Shown: one piece after another, positions 8,017-17,973 of the stretch
Numbering within the stretch: position 1 is the stretch's first letter
Layout of the letters: each line of letters begins with the position of its first letter
Source: Aquifex aeolicus VF5
Lineage (GTDB): Bacteria > Aquificota > Aquificia > Aquificales > Aquificaceae
DNA length: 32,000 nucleotides
NCBI RefSeq assembly: GCF_000008625.1
Contig: NC_000918.1
Span: 360,001-392,000, forward strand
Direction of reading: 5' to 3'
Notes under the pieces: model-generated
The model's input: the letters and a program-made list of their open reading frames with translations, nothing else
Told to the model about the DNA's origin: nothing
The model's database searches: none
Translations under genes and position numbers: made by a program

Positions 8017-9240
8017 ATGGACGTAATAAGTGAACTCGTAAAGAAAAACGGTTCAAAGATTCTCCTAATAGTTCTCGACGGTCTCGGAGGTCTTCCTGTA
8101 AAGGAGGGAAAAACGGAACTTGAACTAGCTAAAACTCCCAACCTTGACAAACTCGTGAAAAACTCAGCTACGGGACTCCACATTCCCGTGGATTGGGGAA
8201 TTACTCCCGGAAGCGGGCCAGGACACCTCGGTTTATTCGGATACGACCCCATAAAGTACCAGATAGGAAGGGGGATACTGGAAGCTTTAGGATTAGGGAT
8301 AGACGTAAAAGACACGGATATAGCTGTGAGGGGAAATTACGCAACCGTCGAGTACAGGAACGGAAAACCGATAGTGGTAGACAGGAGAGCGGGCAGAATC
8401 CCCACGGAAGAGAATAAAAGAATTACCGCAAAGCTCCAGGAAGCTATAAAGGAAATTGACGGCGTTCAGGTAATAATAAAGCCGGGAATGGAACACAGAC
8501 TCGCGATAGTCTTCAGGTTTCCCGAAAAACTGTCTCCCGGAAGCGACGCTATAAACGACACCGATCCTCAACAAGTCGGGAAAGAACCATTGGAACCCAA
8601 AGGTGAAAACCCAAATGCCGAAAAAGTTGCCGAAGTTGTTAGGAAGTTCATTCAAAGGGCAACGGAAATCTTAAGAAACGAGCCGAAAGCCAATTACATA
8701 CTCCTCAGGGGATTTTCCCAAAAACCTGACATTCCCACGATGGAGGAAAGGTTCGGAGTCAAACCCTGCTGTATAGCTGTTTACCCCATGTATAAGGGAC
8801 TAGCGAGCCTGGTGGGAATGGACGTTATAGAGTTTGAGGGAAGTACCATACAGGACGAGATAGATACCTTAAAGAAGGTCTGGAACGAGTACGATTACTT
8901 CTTCGTCCACATAAAGAAGACCGACTCCTACGGTGAGGACGGGAATTACGAAGGAAAGGTAAGTGTAATTGAAGACTTTGACGCTCATCTTCCCCAGTTT
9001 CTGGAATTAAAGCCAGACGTTCTGGCGATAACGGGGGACCACTCAACGCCCTCTATATTAAAGGGACACTCTTGGCATCCGGTACCTCTCCTCATACACT
9101 CCCCTTACGTGCTGGGAGGAACTTCCGAGAGGTTCACCGAGAGAGAATGTCTCAAAGGGGAACTCGGAATAATCCCCGCGGTGAAGATAACACAACTCCT
9201 TCTTGCAAACGCTCTTAGACTCAAGAAGTACGGAGCTTAA
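8017..9240 (+). CDS. apgM: 2,3-bisphosphoglycerate-independent phosphoglycerate mutase, archaeal type
   Basis: [84 protein letters not shown]...[15 protein letters not shown]. Confidence 0.93.
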   Translation: MDVISELVKKNGSKILLIVLDGLGGLPVKEGKTELELAKTPNLDKLVKNSATGLHIPVDWGITPGSGPGHLGLFGYDPIKYQIGRGILEALGLGIDVKDTDIAVRGNYATVEYRNGKPIVVDRRAGRIPTEENKRITAKLQEAIKEIDGVQVIIKPGMEHRLAIVFRFPEKLSPGSDAINDTDPQQVGKEPLEPKGENPNAEKVAEVVRKFIQRATEILRNEPKANYILLRGFSQKPDIPTMEERFGVKPCCIAVYPMYKGLASLVGMDVIEFEGSTIQDEIDTLKKVWNEYDYFFVHIKKTDSYGEDGNYEGKVSVIEDFDAHLPQFLELKPDVLAITGDHSTPSILKGHSWHPVPLLIHSPYVLGGTSERFTERECLKGELGIIPAVKITQLLLANALRLKKYGA

Positions 9241-9241
9241 T

Positions 9242-9778
9242 ATGAAGGAGATAAGGGGAAAGAAGTTAAAACTTCTCTTGAAGGAAGAGGACATAAAGAG
9301 AAGGGTAAAGGAACTCGCTAAAGAGATTGAGAGCTCTTATTCCTGGGAGGAGCCCATAGTCGTGGTCGGGCTCCTCAAGGGCGCTTTTATATTCTTGGCA
9401 GACCTAGTCAGGGCTTTTGACAGGTTCGTGTTCGTGGAGTTTATGCAAGTCTCAAGCTACGGTAAGGGAATGAAGAGTTCTGGAACGATAAAGATAGTAA
9501 AGGATTTAGATATGGACATAGAAGGAAAGGAAGTTCTCCTCGTGGACGACATACTAGACACCGGACTCACTATGAAAGAAATTCACGACTACCTTCTGAT
9601 GAAGAAGCCGAAAGTTTTAAAGACGTGCGTGTTTTTAGACAAAAAGGAGAGGAGGAAGGTGGATTTTAACGCGGACTTTGTAGGTTTTGAAGTTCCAGAT
9701 AAATTTTTAGTGGGATACGGATTGGATTGGGGAGAATACGGGAGAAACCTCCCCGAAGTTTACATGGTAGAAGATTGA
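9242..9778 (+). CDS. hpt: hypoxanthine phosphoribosyltransferase
   Basis: PRTase motif VLLVDDILDTGLTM; IVVVGLLKGAFIFLADLVRAF; FVGFEVPDKFLVGYGLDWGEYGRNLPEV. ATG 9242 fits homologues better than the track start at 9203. Confidence 0.93.
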   Translation: MKEIRGKKLKLLLKEEDIKRRVKELAKEIESSYSWEEPIVVVGLLKGAFIFLADLVRAFDRFVFVEFMQVSSYGKGMKSSGTIKIVKDLDMDIEGKEVLLVDDILDTGLTMKEIHDYLLMKKPKVLKTCVFLDKKERRKVDFNADFVGFEVPDKFLVGYGLDWGEYGRNLPEVYMVED

Positions 9779-10959
9779 AAAAAATCAGCCCGCGAGGGCA
9801 AGATGTCCCTCACTATATCTTCTTGAAGGGTCTTGAAGTCCTGCCTGATTTCCGAGAACTTTTCAAGTAAATCCAAGTTCAGTTTTACTTGGTCTCCCTC
9901 CTTTATAAAGAGGTCGTAATTCTGAGCGAAGTTGTCTATCTCGTCGTAGTATCCTGGGTTCTTGTAAAGGTAGAAGATTTCGGGAAAGTACTTAGATAGT
10001 GTAAGGAATATCTTTTCCATGTCAACGTGTTTGTGGTTAACGTCAACGTCTATGAAGCCCCTCTTTTCCTTAATCCTTACCCTGTGCCCCGCCTTTTCTA
10101 CCGCCATTAAGCTCGCAAAAATGAGGGCTATTGTATCCACTAGGTCTATGTTTATAAAGTCGTCCCCGAGGAGGTCCCTCTTGAAGGCGTAAGTTATGTC
10201 TCCTTCTTTTTCGTCGTAGTAGTAAATGTGGTTGAGGCCTTCGGTGAAGGTTCTGTAGTGTTCGTACTCAACGTGGGCAATTCTCTCACCCGTTCTTCCG
10301 AAAACGCTAAAGTGAGTACTGGAAAGAAGGTAAGTTTGATAAGCTCCGTGTTCCGCCTTTATGTACTCGCCTTCGTAAAAGCCGTTTGCGAGCGTGTCAA
10401 GCTCATCCGTGAAGTAAATTACCTTATCCTCTGTTATTACCACCGGACCTTCATAATCCGCGAGAACCTTCCTCACATCAACGAGAGCCTTTTCCATAAC
10501 CTTTTCGCCGTCTTTCCTTATCTTGTAGAGCCAGTTTCCAGCACACACGTAAAGATAATCCTCTATCATGTCGAGGGTTTTTATAGGCTTTTCAAGAATG
10601 TCTGAGACCGCAAGCCTTTCTATTTTCGCCTTTTCAAACCTCTCCGCGTCCAGTTTGTATATACCCTCGTGGGTTATGAAGTAAACGTCCCTCAGATCGG
10701 AAGTAATATCAACGATCTCTTTTTCAAAGTCAATTTCCTCTGTCTGCCCGCTCCTCCTGTCCATTCTCATCAAATAAGTGGCTCCCGCACCGAAGAGGTA
10801 AAACCTCGTGTTCGTTAAAAGCGTAGGTGTTTCTGAGAGCTTTGCGGATTGCCACACTACCTTCTTTTCACCTTTCTCTATCCAGTCCTTCTTGGATATA
10901 CCTTCCACTCTGTAGTTTCTCGAGATAAAAACCCTTTCTCCGTCCGTGTACATCTGCAT
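9760..10959 (-). CDS. hypothetical protein, 399 aa, with a repetitive beta-rich N-terminal half
   Basis: Long ORF, SD-like GAGGGGC upstream of ATG 10959. Recurrent YxF/ITxxGxYKL-type strands in the N-terminal 230 aa. No family recognised. Confidence 0.75.
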   Translation of the reverse strand: MQMYTDGERVFISRNYRVEGISKKDWIEKGEKKVVWQSAKLSETPTLLTNTRFYLFGAGATYLMRMDRRSGQTEEIDFEKEIVDITSDLRDVYFITHEGIYKLDAERFEKAKIERLAVSDILEKPIKTLDMIEDYLYVCAGNWLYKIRKDGEKVMEKALVDVRKVLADYEGPVVITEDKVIYFTDELDTLANGFYEGEYIKAEHGAYQTYLLSSTHFSVFGRTGERIAHVEYEHYRTFTEGLNHIYYYDEKEGDITYAFKRDLLGDDFINIDLVDTIALIFASLMAVEKAGHRVRIKEKRGFIDVDVNHKHVDMEKIFLTLSKYFPEIFYLYKNPGYYDEIDNFAQNYDLFIKEGDQVKLNLDLLEKFSEIRQDFKTLQEDIVRDILPSRADFFQSSTM

Positions 10960-11022
10960 TCTTTTGCCCCTCCTTGTGGAGTTTTAGGACTTCTTTTATT
11001 TTAACGTATATTTTTATTTCTT

Positions 11023-12092
11023 ATGGTTATCAGGGAAGCGGTGAAGGAGACTCTCAAAGAACTCATAAGGATTCCGAGCGTATCTGGAAAGGAAAAGGGA
11101 GTGCTGGAGTACGTAGAAAACAGACTCAAAAGCCTTGGTATTCCTCTAAAGAGACAGGAAATAGAAAAGGACAGGTATAACCTCGTTTACGACAACGGTT
11201 CGGAGTACCTGATTTCAGTTCACGTAGACACTGTACCGCCTGCAGGTTTCAGGGACGCTTACAGGCCGAAGGAGGTAAACGGAAGGATTTACGGGAGGGG
11301 AGCGAGCGACGTTAAAGGCGCAATAGCGAGCTTAATTACCGCGGTTGAGTGGTTCAAAAAGGATTTTCCCGAAAAGGAACTGCCCGTTTCCCTTGCTTTT
11401 GTCGTTGACGAGGAACAAAACACGGCCCTTGGTTCTGAAAACTTGCCAAAGTGTCTAAACGGAAAGAGGAAGTGTATAGTCCTTGAACCCACTTATGGGC
11501 TCGTTTGCACGAAGCAGTATGGAGCTTACGAGTTTTCGGTAAAGATAAAGTGCAAATCCGCCCACGGTTCTGAGTTCGAAAAGGTTGAAAATCCCGTAAA
11601 GGTATTTATAAAACTCCTAAACAAACTCGAAGAAGTCCTGAAAAGGGAAGTAAACGTAATAATGGTAAGGAGCGGCACGAAAGTCTACACCGTTCCCAAA
11701 ACCTGTGAAGCTCTCCTAGAGTTTAAGGTTTTTGAAGGGGAAAGGAAGGAAGAGCTTGAGAAGAAGGTTCAAGAGGTGGTGAGTGCTTTAAACACAGAGT
11801 GTGAAATCACTGTAAAACTGGAAGGCTTTGAGGAGTTTCAGGAGTTCAACACGGACGGACTATTAGATGTGGTTAAAAAGGCTCTTTTAAAAGGTGGAAG
11901 GAGAAGCAAAAGGAAGGGATAATGCCTTCCTGGACTCATGCGAGCAATTACCATAAGGCGGGATACACTGCCTGGCTTTTGGTTACCGGAAGCCTTATAG
12001 ACAGTCACACGGACAGGGAGAGTATATCCTTAGATGAGCTGGAAAAGTTTACGAAGTTTTTCTACGAGCTCTTTAAAGAGTTATCTCCTTAG
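11023..12092 (+). CDS. M20 family metallopeptidase (ArgE/DapE-like), C-terminal region broken across frames (ORF track shows only 11023..11922)
   Basis: [27 protein letters not shown] and [15 protein letters not shown] are M20 motifs. After the stop at 11920-11922, homologous-looking C-terminal sequence [17 protein letters not shown]...[34 protein letters not shown] continues in another frame to 12092. Confidence 0.78.
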
Positions 12093-12761
12093 CTCTTTTC
12101 TCCTCACTACCTGCAGAAGGTTGTGGGCGAGTCTCGTTGGCTCGGGAACTCTGTACTTGGAAGTTTTGAGAACGAGGTCAATAGCTGTTTTCAAACTTAT
12201 CCTGTGGCCCACGGAGACGTAAACGGGTGCTGTGTTGTCTTTTGTCCTCACAACCGCTCCTATAATCTTTCCTTTGTACTTCAAATATGTGTAGCTTCCC
12301 CTTTGAGGAGCTGGTTCTTTTGCATATCCGAAGAGCTTTGATTTAGCAACACCTACGGTAACCTCACCCGTCTCAACTCCGAAGTGTGAGGCAATACCGC
12401 AACCCCTCGGGTGGGCGATCCCCTGACCGTCTATAAAGTAAACGTCGGGCTTTACCTTTGCGGTTTCGTAGAGTTTTAAAAGAAGGGGCATCTCACGAAA
12501 GGCCAGAAATGTAGGAATGTAGGGAAAGTCTACAATGTCTTTCACAACGTGCTGGTAAACGGGTTTTAGCGTTTTTAACTCAACTACCACGAGGCTTGCC
12601 CAGGCACGGGTGGGGTTTTCGTTTATCTTTTCAAAGGTGAGATCCATACCCCCTATTGTTTCTACCTTCTCAAAGTCATCCCTAGCTATTACCTTTTTCG
12701 CACACTCTAATTGTATTTTCTTTAACTTTTCAAGTAATTCAGTGTTTACTTCTTTACTAAT
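12081..12761 (-). CDS. nfi: endonuclease V; proposed full length uses non-canonical ATT start at 12761 (track start ATG 12647)
   Basis: [93 protein letters not shown]. The upstream in-frame extension [35 protein letters not shown] matches the expected N-terminal segment of the family. Confidence 0.92.
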
Positions 12762-13339
12762 TTCCTCTCCTCCGCCAGTTCGAGGAAGTTCTTAAGGATT
12801 TCCATTCCGTGTTCCGAGAGCACAGACTCGGGGTGGAACTGAACCCCGTAAACGGGGTACTCTTTGTGCTCAATACCCATGATTTCTTCATCGTCGGACC
12901 AAGCGGTTATCTTTAATTCCTCAGGAAGAGTATTTTTATCTATAACCAGGGAGTGATACCTTACCGCGGTAAAGGGGGAGGGAAGGTTCTTGAAGACTCC
13001 TTCTCCCGTGTGGAATATCTGCGAAGTCTTCCCGTGCATTAATCTCTTTGCCCTCACTATCTTCGCACCGAAGGCATAACCTATGGACTGGTGTCCGAGG
13101 CAAACCCCGAGAATAGGGTATTCTTTGTAATAAGTTTTTATCAAGGGAACGGATATTCCCGCTTCCTTCGGAGTGCAGGGTCCCGGAGAAATTACTATGG
13201 CGTCGGGGTTTATTTCCCTTACTTCTTCGAGTCTTATCTGGTCGTTTCTCCTCACGATAACATCTGCACCCAAGGATCCTAAATACTGAACCAAGTTGTA
13301 GGTAAAGCTGTCGTAATTGTCTATCATTAAAACCTTCAT
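12746..13339 (-). CDS. trpG: anthranilate/aminodeoxychorismate synthase glutamine amidotransferase component II
   Basis: [62 protein letters not shown]. Confidence 0.92.
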
Positions 13340-15117
13340 CTGTCCGTTTCTCCCACAACTGGGTCAATGCTTGCAAGAATAGTCACCGCGTCGGCCACGT
13401 ACCTGTCCTTCATAAGGTGAGGGTATATACACAGATTGTAGTAAGAGGGTGGTCTGATTTTTACTCTGTAGGGAGACGTTCCGCCTGTAGAAACCACGTA
13501 AAATCCGAGTTCTCCACGCGGGTTTTCTCCCGAGGAGTATATCTCGCCCACGGGAGCTTTCACACCTATCCCGTCAAGGGAGAGTTTTAACTTCTTTCCT
13601 TCCCCTTCGTAGAAGAAGGGCTCGTTCTTGGACATCTTCTCAAGCTTTGCCACACACTGCTCAATTATCCTTATACTTTGCTTCATCTCCTCTATACGAA
13701 CGAGATACCTGTCGTAGCAGTCCCCTATCTCGCCCACGGGAATGTCAAACTCAACCTCGTCGTACGCGTCGTAAGGTTCAAACTTTCTTATGTCGTAGGG
13801 AATTCCTGAACCCCTGATTACGGGTCCGGTGACGCCGTGGAAGTAGGCGTCCTCTTTTGAAATTATTCCCACTTCTTTGTTCCTCCTGAGCCATATCCTG
13901 TTTCTCGTGAGTATAGTCTCCCAATCTTTTAGTTCTTCGGGGAACTTCTTTATGAAAGCCTTTATAACTTCAAGGGCTCCCTCCGGAAGGTCCATTCTAA
14001 CCCCGCCTATCCTCGGGTAAGAAATAGTGAGCCGTGCCCCCGTTATTCCCTCAATTATGTCCATTATCTTTTCCCTTTCCTTGAAGGCGTAGAGGAATAT
14101 GGTGAGAGCTCCGAGGTCCAGGGCATACGTTCCGAGCCAGAGCAGGTGGGAGTTAATCCTCTGGAGTTCAGACATCATTGTTCTTATGTACTTGGCTTTC
14201 GGCGGGACCTTGTCGTGTATGCCCATGAGCCTTTCTATGGCAACTACCCAAGCCTGATTGGAACAAAGGGCGGACAGGTAGTCCATACGATCTGTGTAAA
14301 CGAGGAACTGGTTGTACATCTCGTGCTCTGCGAGTTTCTCAACACCCCTGTGGAGCTGTCCGAGTATTACGTCGGTCTGAACTATTCTTTCACCTTCAAG
14401 GTCGAATAAGAACCACATAGTTCCGTGGGTTCCTGGGTGAAGGGGTCCCCAGTTGAGAACTATCTGAGCCTTTTTCTTGAGTCTCTTCTTTTCCGTAACC
14501 TCAAGGTCTTCAAGCGTAGGAACGCGGGTGTGCATCCTGTCGTAATTCATAAGTCCTTCGAGGTTGTCTCCGAAGACTACTTCGTTCAGAGATGGAAGTT
14601 CCTGCTCGGGTATTCCTTCAAGGGGGAAGTCTTTTCTTAAGGGAAAGTAAGGGTATGTATCCCACATAAAGGCACGAACGAGGTTTTCGTGTCCCTCGTA
14701 CTCTATTCCGAACATGTCGTAGCATTCTCTTTCCGCCCACTTGCCCGCAAACCAGAGTTTTTCTATTGTGGGGAGTTTGCCGTTCGTTCTCGTCTTTACT
14801 ATTACCCTCTTCCTTTCGTCCACGTTGTAGAGTATGTAAAAGGCCTGAAAACGGGATTCCCTGTCTTCGGGAAATGCTATGAGGTTTTGTTTGACTACCT
14901 TGTTGAACTCCTTCTCGTTTTCTAGTAAATCCTTTAGATCAACCACGGAGTGATCCAGGAATAGTTTGTACCCTAGTTTTTCCTTTAAATACTTGAGGAC
15001 ATCTATTAGAATATCCTTAGGAACGATAACGCTTGTGGAGTTCTGGAGTTCCACTACGCTTGCCTGCGGAAAGGCTTTTAAGAGTTCCTGAAGGTCTCCT
15101 TCCTTAGCCCACGGCAT
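13336..15117 (-). CDS. nuoC: NADH-quinone oxidoreductase subunit C/D fusion
   Basis: N-terminal NuoC ([40 protein letters not shown]) joined to NuoD ([71 protein letters not shown]-like, [12 protein letters not shown]). Single uninterrupted 593-aa ORF. Confidence 0.92.
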   Translation of the reverse strand: MPWAKEGDLQELLKAFPQASVVELQNSTSVIVPKDILIDVLKYLKEKLGYKLFLDHSVVDLKDLLENEKEFNKVVKQNLIAFPEDRESRFQAFYILYNVDERKRVIVKTRTNGKLPTIEKLWFAGKWAERECYDMFGIEYEGHENLVRAFMWDTYPYFPLRKDFPLEGIPEQELPSLNEVVFGDNLEGLMNYDRMHTRVPTLEDLEVTEKKRLKKKAQIVLNWGPLHPGTHGTMWFLFDLEGERIVQTDVILGQLHRGVEKLAEHEMYNQFLVYTDRMDYLSALCSNQAWVVAIERLMGIHDKVPPKAKYIRTMMSELQRINSHLLWLGTYALDLGALTIFLYAFKEREKIMDIIEGITGARLTISYPRIGGVRMDLPEGALEVIKAFIKKFPEELKDWETILTRNRIWLRRNKEVGIISKEDAYFHGVTGPVIRGSGIPYDIRKFEPYDAYDEVEFDIPVGEIGDCYDRYLVRIEEMKQSIRIIEQCVAKLEKMSKNEPFFYEGEGKKLKLSLDGIGVKAPVGEIYSSGENPRGELGFYVVSTGGTSPYRVKIRPPSYYNLCIYPHLMKDRYVADAVTILASIDPVVGETDR

Positions 15118-15160
15118 TCTCTTCCTCCCTGAAATTAAACCTTTATTAATAATAACGACT

Positions 15161-16495
15161 TTAAAACAAAACTTCTATGGCTTCCTGAATGTGGGAAACA
15201 GGGTATATCTCCATTCCATCTATCTCTATTTCAAGACTCTTAGGAATTAAAGCTTTTTTAAAACCAAAGCGTTTTGCTTCTTTGAGTCTGAGGTCTCCGA
15301 AGTGAACCGCCCTTATCTCTCCCGAAAGTCCCACCTCCCCGAATATTACGAAGTCTTTCGGCACTTCCTTCTCTTTCTTTGAAGAGACTACCGCCATGGC
15401 AACGGCGAGGTCCGCAGCGGGTTCCTTTACGCTCATTCCTCCCGCAACGTTCACAAAAACGTCCTGGTCTCTCGTGAAGATCTTCGCCTCCTTTTCAAGA
15501 ACTGCAAGGATAAGGGCAAGTCTGTTCGGGTCAAAGCCTTGAGTTCTCCTTTGAGGAGTTGTGTAGAGGGCTGGAATTACGAGGGCCTGAACCTCTAAAA
15601 GCACGGGTTTGCTCCCTTCTGTGTGGGGAAACACAACACTTCCGGGGGCGTTTGCCTTTTCGCTTATAAAGAAGGCTGAGGGCTCCGGAACTTCTTCTAA
15701 GCCTTTGTCCGTCATCTTAAATACGGCAATTTCTCCCGTAGAACCGAACCTGTTTTTAATTACTTTAACTATCCTGTAGAAGTTGAACCTCTCTCCCTCA
15801 AACTGTAAAACGGTGTCCACTATGTGCTCGAGAACCTTAGGACCCGCTATACTTCCCTCTTTCGTTATCTGACCCACGATAAAGGCGGGAACGTTTTTCT
15901 CTTTACAGAATTCCGTTATCCTGTAGGTGACTTCCCTTACTTGACTAACAGAACCTGCGGAGCTCTCCAACCTTTCGGAAAATATTGTCTGAACGGAGTC
16001 AAGCACCAAAAGAGAAGGCTTTTCCTTTTCTAAAGTTTGCAAGATTTTCTCAAGGTTTACCTCGGGGTAAACGAGGAGGTTTTCGTTGTTTATTCCGAGC
16101 CTTTTTGCCCTGAGGGCTATCTGTGTTCCCGATTCCTCTCCCGACACGTACAGGACCTTCTTCCCGTTTGCAACCCTGTCAGAAATCTGGAGGAGTAGGG
16201 TTGACTTCCCTATTCCCGGCTCTCCCGCAATGAGTATTACCTGACCCTTTACGAGTCCTCCTCCGAGGGCGTTGTCAAGGCTTTCAAAGCCAGTGGTCTC
16301 CCTCTCGTGTTCTTCCTTTTCCCAATCGGTGACGGGAAGGACTAAAGAGGGTTCCTTTTTTACCAGAGAAAAACTTTGAGGTTCGAATTCTTCCACTAAG
16401 GTGTTCCACTCACCGCAAGAAGGACACTTTCCGAGCCACTTTACGGACTTGTAACCGCACTCCTGACATACGTAAGCGGTCTTGTTTTTTCCCAT
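15161..16495 (-). CDS. radA: DNA repair protein RadA/Sms
   Basis: N-terminal zinc finger YVCQECGYKSVKWLGKCPSCGEWNT, Walker A ILIAGEPGIGKSTLLLQ, KNRFGSTGE, Lon-like C-terminal region VNVAGGMSVKEPAADLAVAMAVVSSKKEK. Confidence 0.95.
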   Translation of the reverse strand: MGKNKTAYVCQECGYKSVKWLGKCPSCGEWNTLVEEFEPQSFSLVKKEPSLVLPVTDWEKEEHERETTGFESLDNALGGGLVKGQVILIAGEPGIGKSTLLLQISDRVANGKKVLYVSGEESGTQIALRAKRLGINNENLLVYPEVNLEKILQTLEKEKPSLLVLDSVQTIFSERLESSAGSVSQVREVTYRITEFCKEKNVPAFIVGQITKEGSIAGPKVLEHIVDTVLQFEGERFNFYRIVKVIKNRFGSTGEIAVFKMTDKGLEEVPEPSAFFISEKANAPGSVVFPHTEGSKPVLLEVQALVIPALYTTPQRRTQGFDPNRLALILAVLEKEAKIFTRDQDVFVNVAGGMSVKEPAADLAVAMAVVSSKKEKEVPKDFVIFGEVGLSGEIRAVHFGDLRLKEAKRFGFKKALIPKSLEIEIDGMEIYPVSHIQEAIEVLF

Positions 16496-16503
16496 TAGAA
16501 GGT

Positions 16504-17187
16504 TTAAGATATTTCGCTTTTCACAAGCATCAATTCCCTTATAAGTGTTGCAGGCTCAACTTCCTTCGGGCACGCGTTGTTACACTTGTTACACGAAAGA
16601 CAGTGGTAAAGGTGTCCTTCAAGGGCTTCTTTTATCCTGAATTCTTTGTCTTCTTCTCTTGGGTCCTCCAAAAACCTGTATATCTTTGCAAAAAATAAGG
16701 GACCGGCGTATTCCTCTTCCAGAACCTGAGGGCAGTAGGACTGGCAGGCGGAGCAGAGTATGCAGTCCGCCCCCTTTTCTATCTTTTTATTGACTTCGGG
16801 TGGTATTCTTACCTCTCCCTGATACTCCTTTATCCACGTTCTGAACTTCTTCATTCTGTTTATGACTTCTTCGTTGTCCACGACGAGGTCCCTTATCACC
16901 TCGAATTTATCGAGAGGCTCAACGGTTACAATTTGTTCCGAAAGGACGTAAGGGAGCGTTTGCTCTTTGCAAGCAAGCTTTGGAAATCCGTCTATAAAAA
17001 CGGTGCACGTTCCGCAAATTCCCGCTCTGCAAAAAGCCCTAAAAGAAAAGCTCGGATCTATCTCTTCCTTTATCTTTTGAAAAGCCCTTAAGAACGTCAT
17101 TCCTTCTTCGTATGGAACTTCAAAGTAATCGTATTTCCTCTCTCCCGTTTCGGGGTTATACCTGAAGACCTTCAACTTCAAATGCAT
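16504..17187 (-). CDS. succinate dehydrogenase/fumarate reductase iron-sulfur subunit (start could be up to 17223)
   Basis: [2Fe-2S] CRAGICGTCTVFIDGFPKLAC; ferredoxin-like clusters CILCSACQSYCP and CLSCNKCNNACPKEVEPATLI. Confidence 0.88.
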   Translation of the reverse strand: MHLKLKVFRYNPETGERKYDYFEVPYEEGMTFLRAFQKIKEEIDPSFSFRAFCRAGICGTCTVFIDGFPKLACKEQTLPYVLSEQIVTVEPLDKFEVIRDLVVDNEEVINRMKKFRTWIKEYQGEVRIPPEVNKKIEKGADCILCSACQSYCPQVLEEEYAGPLFFAKIYRFLEDPREEDKEFRIKEALEGHLYHCLSCNKCNNACPKEVEPATLIRELMLVKSEIS

Positions 17188-17231
17188 AAATAACATTTTT
17201 AGTCTGGGGGATAAATTTTTCAAACGGAATT

Positions 17232-17948
17232 TTAATTTTGAGGGTTGTACTTAACGAGGCGTTTAAGTTCTTTTACTTCTTCTTCCGTCAGTTCTCGCCA
17301 CTCTCCTGGCTCCATATTTTCGTCAAGTCTCAAATTTCCTACCCTCGTTCTCTTTAGGTAAACCACGTTGTGACCTACGGCTTTAAATAATCTCTTCACC
17401 ACGTGATGCCTGCCTTCCGTGAGGATTGCTTTCACGGTATCTCCCGAGAGTTTTTCTGCTTTAACAAGCTGAACAGGTTTTTCCTCGAGTTTCACTTCGT
17501 AGAGCTTTTTTAATTCTTCATCTCCGATATCCCTGTCCAGTCTAACGATGTACTCCTTCTCTACCTTCCACTTAGGGTGGGTGAGTCTGTGGGCGAGCTC
17601 TCCGTCGTCGGTTATTAAGAGTAGTCCCTCTGCGTCCACGTCAAGCCTTCCCGCTGAAAAGAGTTTCCTGCTCGGAAAGTGTTCCCTTATCAGCTCCAGA
17701 AAAGAAGGATATTTCTTGTCTTCTTCTGTTGTGGAAAGATAGCCTTTCGGTTTGTAAAGCATAAGGTAAACGTTCTTTTTAGGTTTTACACTCTTTCCCT
17801 CTACCTCTACCTCTTCTCCCTCTTTTACTCTGTACTCGGCCTGTTTTACGACTTTCCCGCTTACCTTTACTCTTCCCTCTCTTATGAGTTCCTTCGCCTC
17901 CTTTCTCGATATGTGGAGGGACTTGGATAAGTACTTATCAAGTCTCAC
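17232..17948 (-). CDS. RsuA/RluB family ribosomal pseudouridine synthase with S4 domain
   Basis: MRLDKYLSKSLHISRKEAKELIREGRVKVSG S4 domain; YMLYKPKGYLST-like segment and catalytic FSAGRLDVDAEGLLLITDDGELAHRLTHP; EGRHHVVKRLFKAVGHNVVYLKRTRVGNL. Confidence 0.9.
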   Translation of the reverse strand: MRLDKYLSKSLHISRKEAKELIREGRVKVSGKVVKQAEYRVKEGEEVEVEGKSVKPKKNVYLMLYKPKGYLSTTEEDKKYPSFLELIREHFPSRKLFSAGRLDVDAEGLLLITDDGELAHRLTHPKWKVEKEYIVRLDRDIGDEELKKLYEVKLEEKPVQLVKAEKLSGDTVKAILTEGRHHVVKRLFKAVGHNVVYLKRTRVGNLRLDENMEPGEWRELTEEEVKELKRLVKYNPQN

Positions 17949-17973
17949 AATTTTTAATATACAATCAAGTTTT

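Noticed and set aside
7938-9046. Antisense/alternate-frame ORFs 7938..8315, 8193..8417, 8293..8655, 8825..9046
   Set aside because: All lie within apgM, whose motifs are continuous and unambiguous on the plus strand.
9203-9241. hpt start at 9203 and rfaE1 start at 25224 as given in the ORF track
   Set aside because: Both extend into the previous gene's coding region with non-homologous N-termini; downstream ATGs at 9242 and 25335 fit the families.
13336-15117. nuoC-nuoD fusion as an assembly artefact
   Set aside because: A single continuous frame with a sensible linker, and NuoCD fusions are an established arrangement in several bacteria.
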